In this document: positions 15,112 through 17,110 of the stretch, one piece after another | Position numbering within the stretch: position 1 is the stretch's first letter | Layout: each line of letters starts with the position of its first letter | Source of the DNA: Candidatus Nanohaloarchaea archaeon | GTDB taxonomy: Archaea > Nanohalarchaeota > Nanosalinia > Nanosalinales > Nanosalinaceae | Reading direction: 5' to 3' | DNA length: 17,110 nt | Assembly (NCBI GenBank): GCA_046497485.1 | Contig: JAWOFP010000018.1 | Span: forward strand, 1 to 17,110 | Translations under genes and position numbers: made by a program | The notes under the pieces: model-generated | Database searches by the model: none | What the model saw: the letters and a program-made list of their open reading frames with translations, nothing else | What the model was told of the DNA's origin: nothing

Positions 15112-15687
15112 TTATTCTGCCTCTATCGCTTCCTTCATAATCCTGTACCTGAAAACATTCTGGTAAAACAGAACTGTCGGAAACAGCAGAATCGGGACTA
15201 TGACTAGAAGCGAGAAACTCCAAGCCATTAACAGCGCGAAGGAGACTATACCAACAACTATCAGGCCTATGAAGTAGTTAAGTGTAAACGCATCTCTCAA
15301 AACCTGAACTGAGAAGGCCTGTCTTAATCCATTGTTAGCTAAATGGTAAAATCCTGATTCTAAGGCATAGTAGAGTACAAGGAATACTACAAGACCTAAA
15401 ATCACCAAAGGCCCTTCAAAAGCAAACATTAATGCAAAACCAGGAATCATGTACAAAGTCGCAACTAGAAGTGCTTTCAGGCCTTCAATATACATATCTA
15501 GAAGATTGTCAAAACCAGGCATAGATTCTTCCCGCATCACTCTCATTAGATATCCTAGCAGAAGCGGCGCCGGAATTATTAATAGAGAACCTAATGCCAA
15601 AATAGATCCTATAACGGCTTTTTCTAGCCAGTCTCCTTGTTCAAAAGGAAACTTCAACGCTTGCCTGATGTTTTTCACACCTATCAT
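15112..15687 (-). CDS. DUF4013-like membrane protein
   Basis: ALKFPF...KAVIGSIL...IIPAPLLLGYLMRVMR...MPGFDN...YIEGLKA pattern with multiple TM helices. Confidence 0.8.
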   Translation of the reverse strand: MIGVKNIRQALKFPFEQGDWLEKAVIGSILALGSLLIIPAPLLLGYLMRVMREESMPGFDNLLDMYIEGLKALLVATLYMIPGFALMFAFEGPLVILGLVVFLVLYYALESGFYHLANNGLRQAFSVQVLRDAFTLNYFIGLIVVGIVSFALLMAWSFSLLVIVPILLFPTVLFYQNVFRYRIMKEAIEAE

Positions 15688-15713
15688 AACTCTTAACCTT
15701 GACTAAATCTTTT

Positions 15714-16445
15714 TTAGGCTATTCCCAGCATCCTTCTGAATGCAAATGTCAGAGGCATCGCCATCAGAATGTAGAATCCAAGCCAGTTCAAAGCTCCTCC
15801 AACATACCAGATACTGAAAGGCAGCGGTACAAATACTGCTGCTACTTTTGCGCTGTAACCTTCTCCGCTTGAGAAAAAGCCTCCTCCTGCTTCGTTCACG
15901 GACCTGTATTCCCATGTGATTCCATGGGCTTCAAATGTTTCTCCAGGCTGTACCTCCTGTCCATCAACATTCATAACAGATTCGTTCACATTTTGAACTT
16001 CTATCAGTGCTTCTTCTCCTGCGTATTCCAGGTCTCCAGTGTAGGCGCCGTTAGTATTAGCTAAGTCTACGCTCGGTGAGAAAGTTGCGCCTAACCATGG
16101 GAAGAACAGGCCTACGAAAAGCATTGTAACCATCATAGGCTTCAGGTTCAGCATCATGAACTTCTGGTTTAGCTCAAGAGACTTTGTCATGTGCTCCGAG
16201 ACCTTATCCGTCTCTTCATTTTCTCTGGCCTCTTTCATTTTCTCCTGCTGCTTATTTAATTTTTCTTTAAGCTCTTTCTGCCTTTCAATATCTAGGAACC
16301 TCCAGTAAATCAACGAGAATGTTCCTGCGAGGCCTACGGAGAAAAATGCGAGTGCGTAGTATGGGCTTGTGGCTAGTAGTGGCTGGAAAATTGAGTCATA
16401 AAAACTGAACAGTGTGGCCAGCAGCCCTTGGACTGTCTCGATCAT
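15714..16445 (-). CDS. EMC3/TMCO1 family (DUF106, Oxa1 superfamily) membrane protein
   Basis: TM1, then a coiled coil (LDIERQKELKEKL...), then NLKPMMVTML TM2, and a C-terminal LPF...LNWLGFYIL...RRMLG. Confidence 0.9.
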   Translation of the reverse strand: MIETVQGLLATLFSFYDSIFQPLLATSPYYALAFFSVGLAGTFSLIYWRFLDIERQKELKEKLNKQQEKMKEARENEETDKVSEHMTKSLELNQKFMMLNLKPMMVTMLFVGLFFPWLGATFSPSVDLANTNGAYTGDLEYAGEEALIEVQNVNESVMNVDGQEVQPGETFEAHGITWEYRSVNEAGGGFFSSGEGYSAKVAAVFVPLPFSIWYVGGALNWLGFYILMAMPLTFAFRRMLGIA

Positions 16446-16490
16446 ATAATGTTTTGAGGGAAGACATGTTTTTAAACCCGAACCAAGGAT

Positions 16491-16802
16491 CTACTCCATC
16501 AAGTGTAAAGCCCCACTTAAGGCCTTTGCAAGTTCTAAGCCCTTTTCTGTTAGCTCGATTTCTTTTTTCCGGCCTTTCATATTGGACTCTACCAAGCCTC
16601 CGTCCTCCAGTTTCTGTATAATTCTAACAGTGTGGGAATATGTGCAGTCAGTCTCTTTTGAAATCGCTGATGCATAGTTATCTGTTCCCGGATTATTCAA
16701 TGTGATAAGTATTTTTACCGGCTTTACATTCAGAAAAAAGCTTTCTAAATCTTCCATTGATTCTATACCCCTTCCCCTACATGTTATTTGTTTTCCAAAC
16801 AT
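16491..16802 (-). CDS. Winged-helix (MarR-like) DNA-binding protein
   Basis: KPVKILITL, YASAISKETDCTYSHTVRIIQKLEDGGLV and KGRKKEIELTEKG. GGAGG lies 6 nt upstream of ATG 16802; ATG 16757 (MEDLESFF) is an alternative start. Confidence 0.88.
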   Translation of the reverse strand: MFGKQITCRGRGIESMEDLESFFLNVKPVKILITLNNPGTDNYASAISKETDCTYSHTVRIIQKLEDGGLVESNMKGRKKEIELTEKGLELAKALSGALHLME

Positions 16803-16882
16803 ATAATTCCTCCGGTCACCCCAGTGTAATTATAGAGGTTAAAAACAATTACGGCTGTAAGTATAATTATAGGTGAAGAAAA

Positions 16883-17080
16883 ATGGAATTTACTACTCCA
16901 AAAATGAAAGAGACAATCAAAAAACAAACCAGTAAAAGAGTTTCAGAAGACGCAGCAAACAGTCTTGGAGACATCTTGGAGACCTTCGCAGGCGACGTAG
17001 CAGAAGAAGCAAAAGCCATCGCGGAAGAAGACGGAAGAAAGACAGTCAGAAGAGAAGACATCAGACAGGCCCTAGAATAA
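16883..17080 (+). CDS. Archaeal histone (HMf-like fold), divergent variant
   Basis: 65 aa, aligns without gaps to HMfB (RVSEDA, GRKTV..EDI). SD-like AGGTGA upstream; pyrimidine/T-rich tract downstream. Confidence 0.95.
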   Translation: MEFTTPKMKETIKKQTSKRVSEDAANSLGDILETFAGDVAEEAKAIAEEDGRKTVRREDIRQALE

Positions 17081-17110
17081 AGGCCTAATTTTCCCTTCTC
17101 TTATTTTTGG

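Larger units (their letters stand above)
50..17086. repeat. Dispersed, highly iterated palindrome AGGCCT
   Basis: About 64 copies by hand count (e.g. 50, 290, 465, 553, 790, 1025, 1423, 1579, 1621 ... 16108, 16330, 16520, 17081), both inside genes and in intergenic DNA. Confidence 0.9.

Noticed and set aside
1..17110. CRISPR array, IS element, integrase or rRNA
   Set aside because: No regularly spaced 25-40 bp repeats, no transposase or recombinase motifs and no rRNA-like stretch. AGGCCT copies are irregularly spaced 6-mers, not an array.

Overview
Gene-dense archaeal chromosomal segment, most likely from Nanohaloarchaeota (DPANN). This is inferred from very acidic proteins at only about 40% GC (estimated by eye), tiny intergenic gaps, an archaeal histone, Cbf5, a DUF106/EMC3-like protein and a bulge-helix-bulge (BHB) tRNA intron. 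It carries three tRNA genes: Gln-TTG with a 32-nt intron, Gln-CTG and Ser-GGA. A free-standing two-motif LAGLIDADG gene abuts the intron-containing tRNA. A compact copper locus comprises a CopB-type P1B ATPase, a DUF305/CopM protein, a PadR regulator with a Cys-rich tail and two candidate operators, a cupredoxin and two unannotated micro-membrane proteins; a second cupredoxin lies upstream, divergent from an NDH-2-like flavoprotein. The window also has a Na+/Ca2+ antiporter, a VOC enzyme and several surface proteins. The strongest signal not explained by any gene is the palindrome AGGCCT: about 64 copies by hand count versus roughly 2-3 expected. It is enriched just upstream of start codons and depleted in the copper and endonuclease segments, resembling a cyanobacterial HIP1-like iterated palindrome. 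A degenerate duplication of the tRNA-Ser 3' end brackets a ~100-bp hairpin-rich mini-element.
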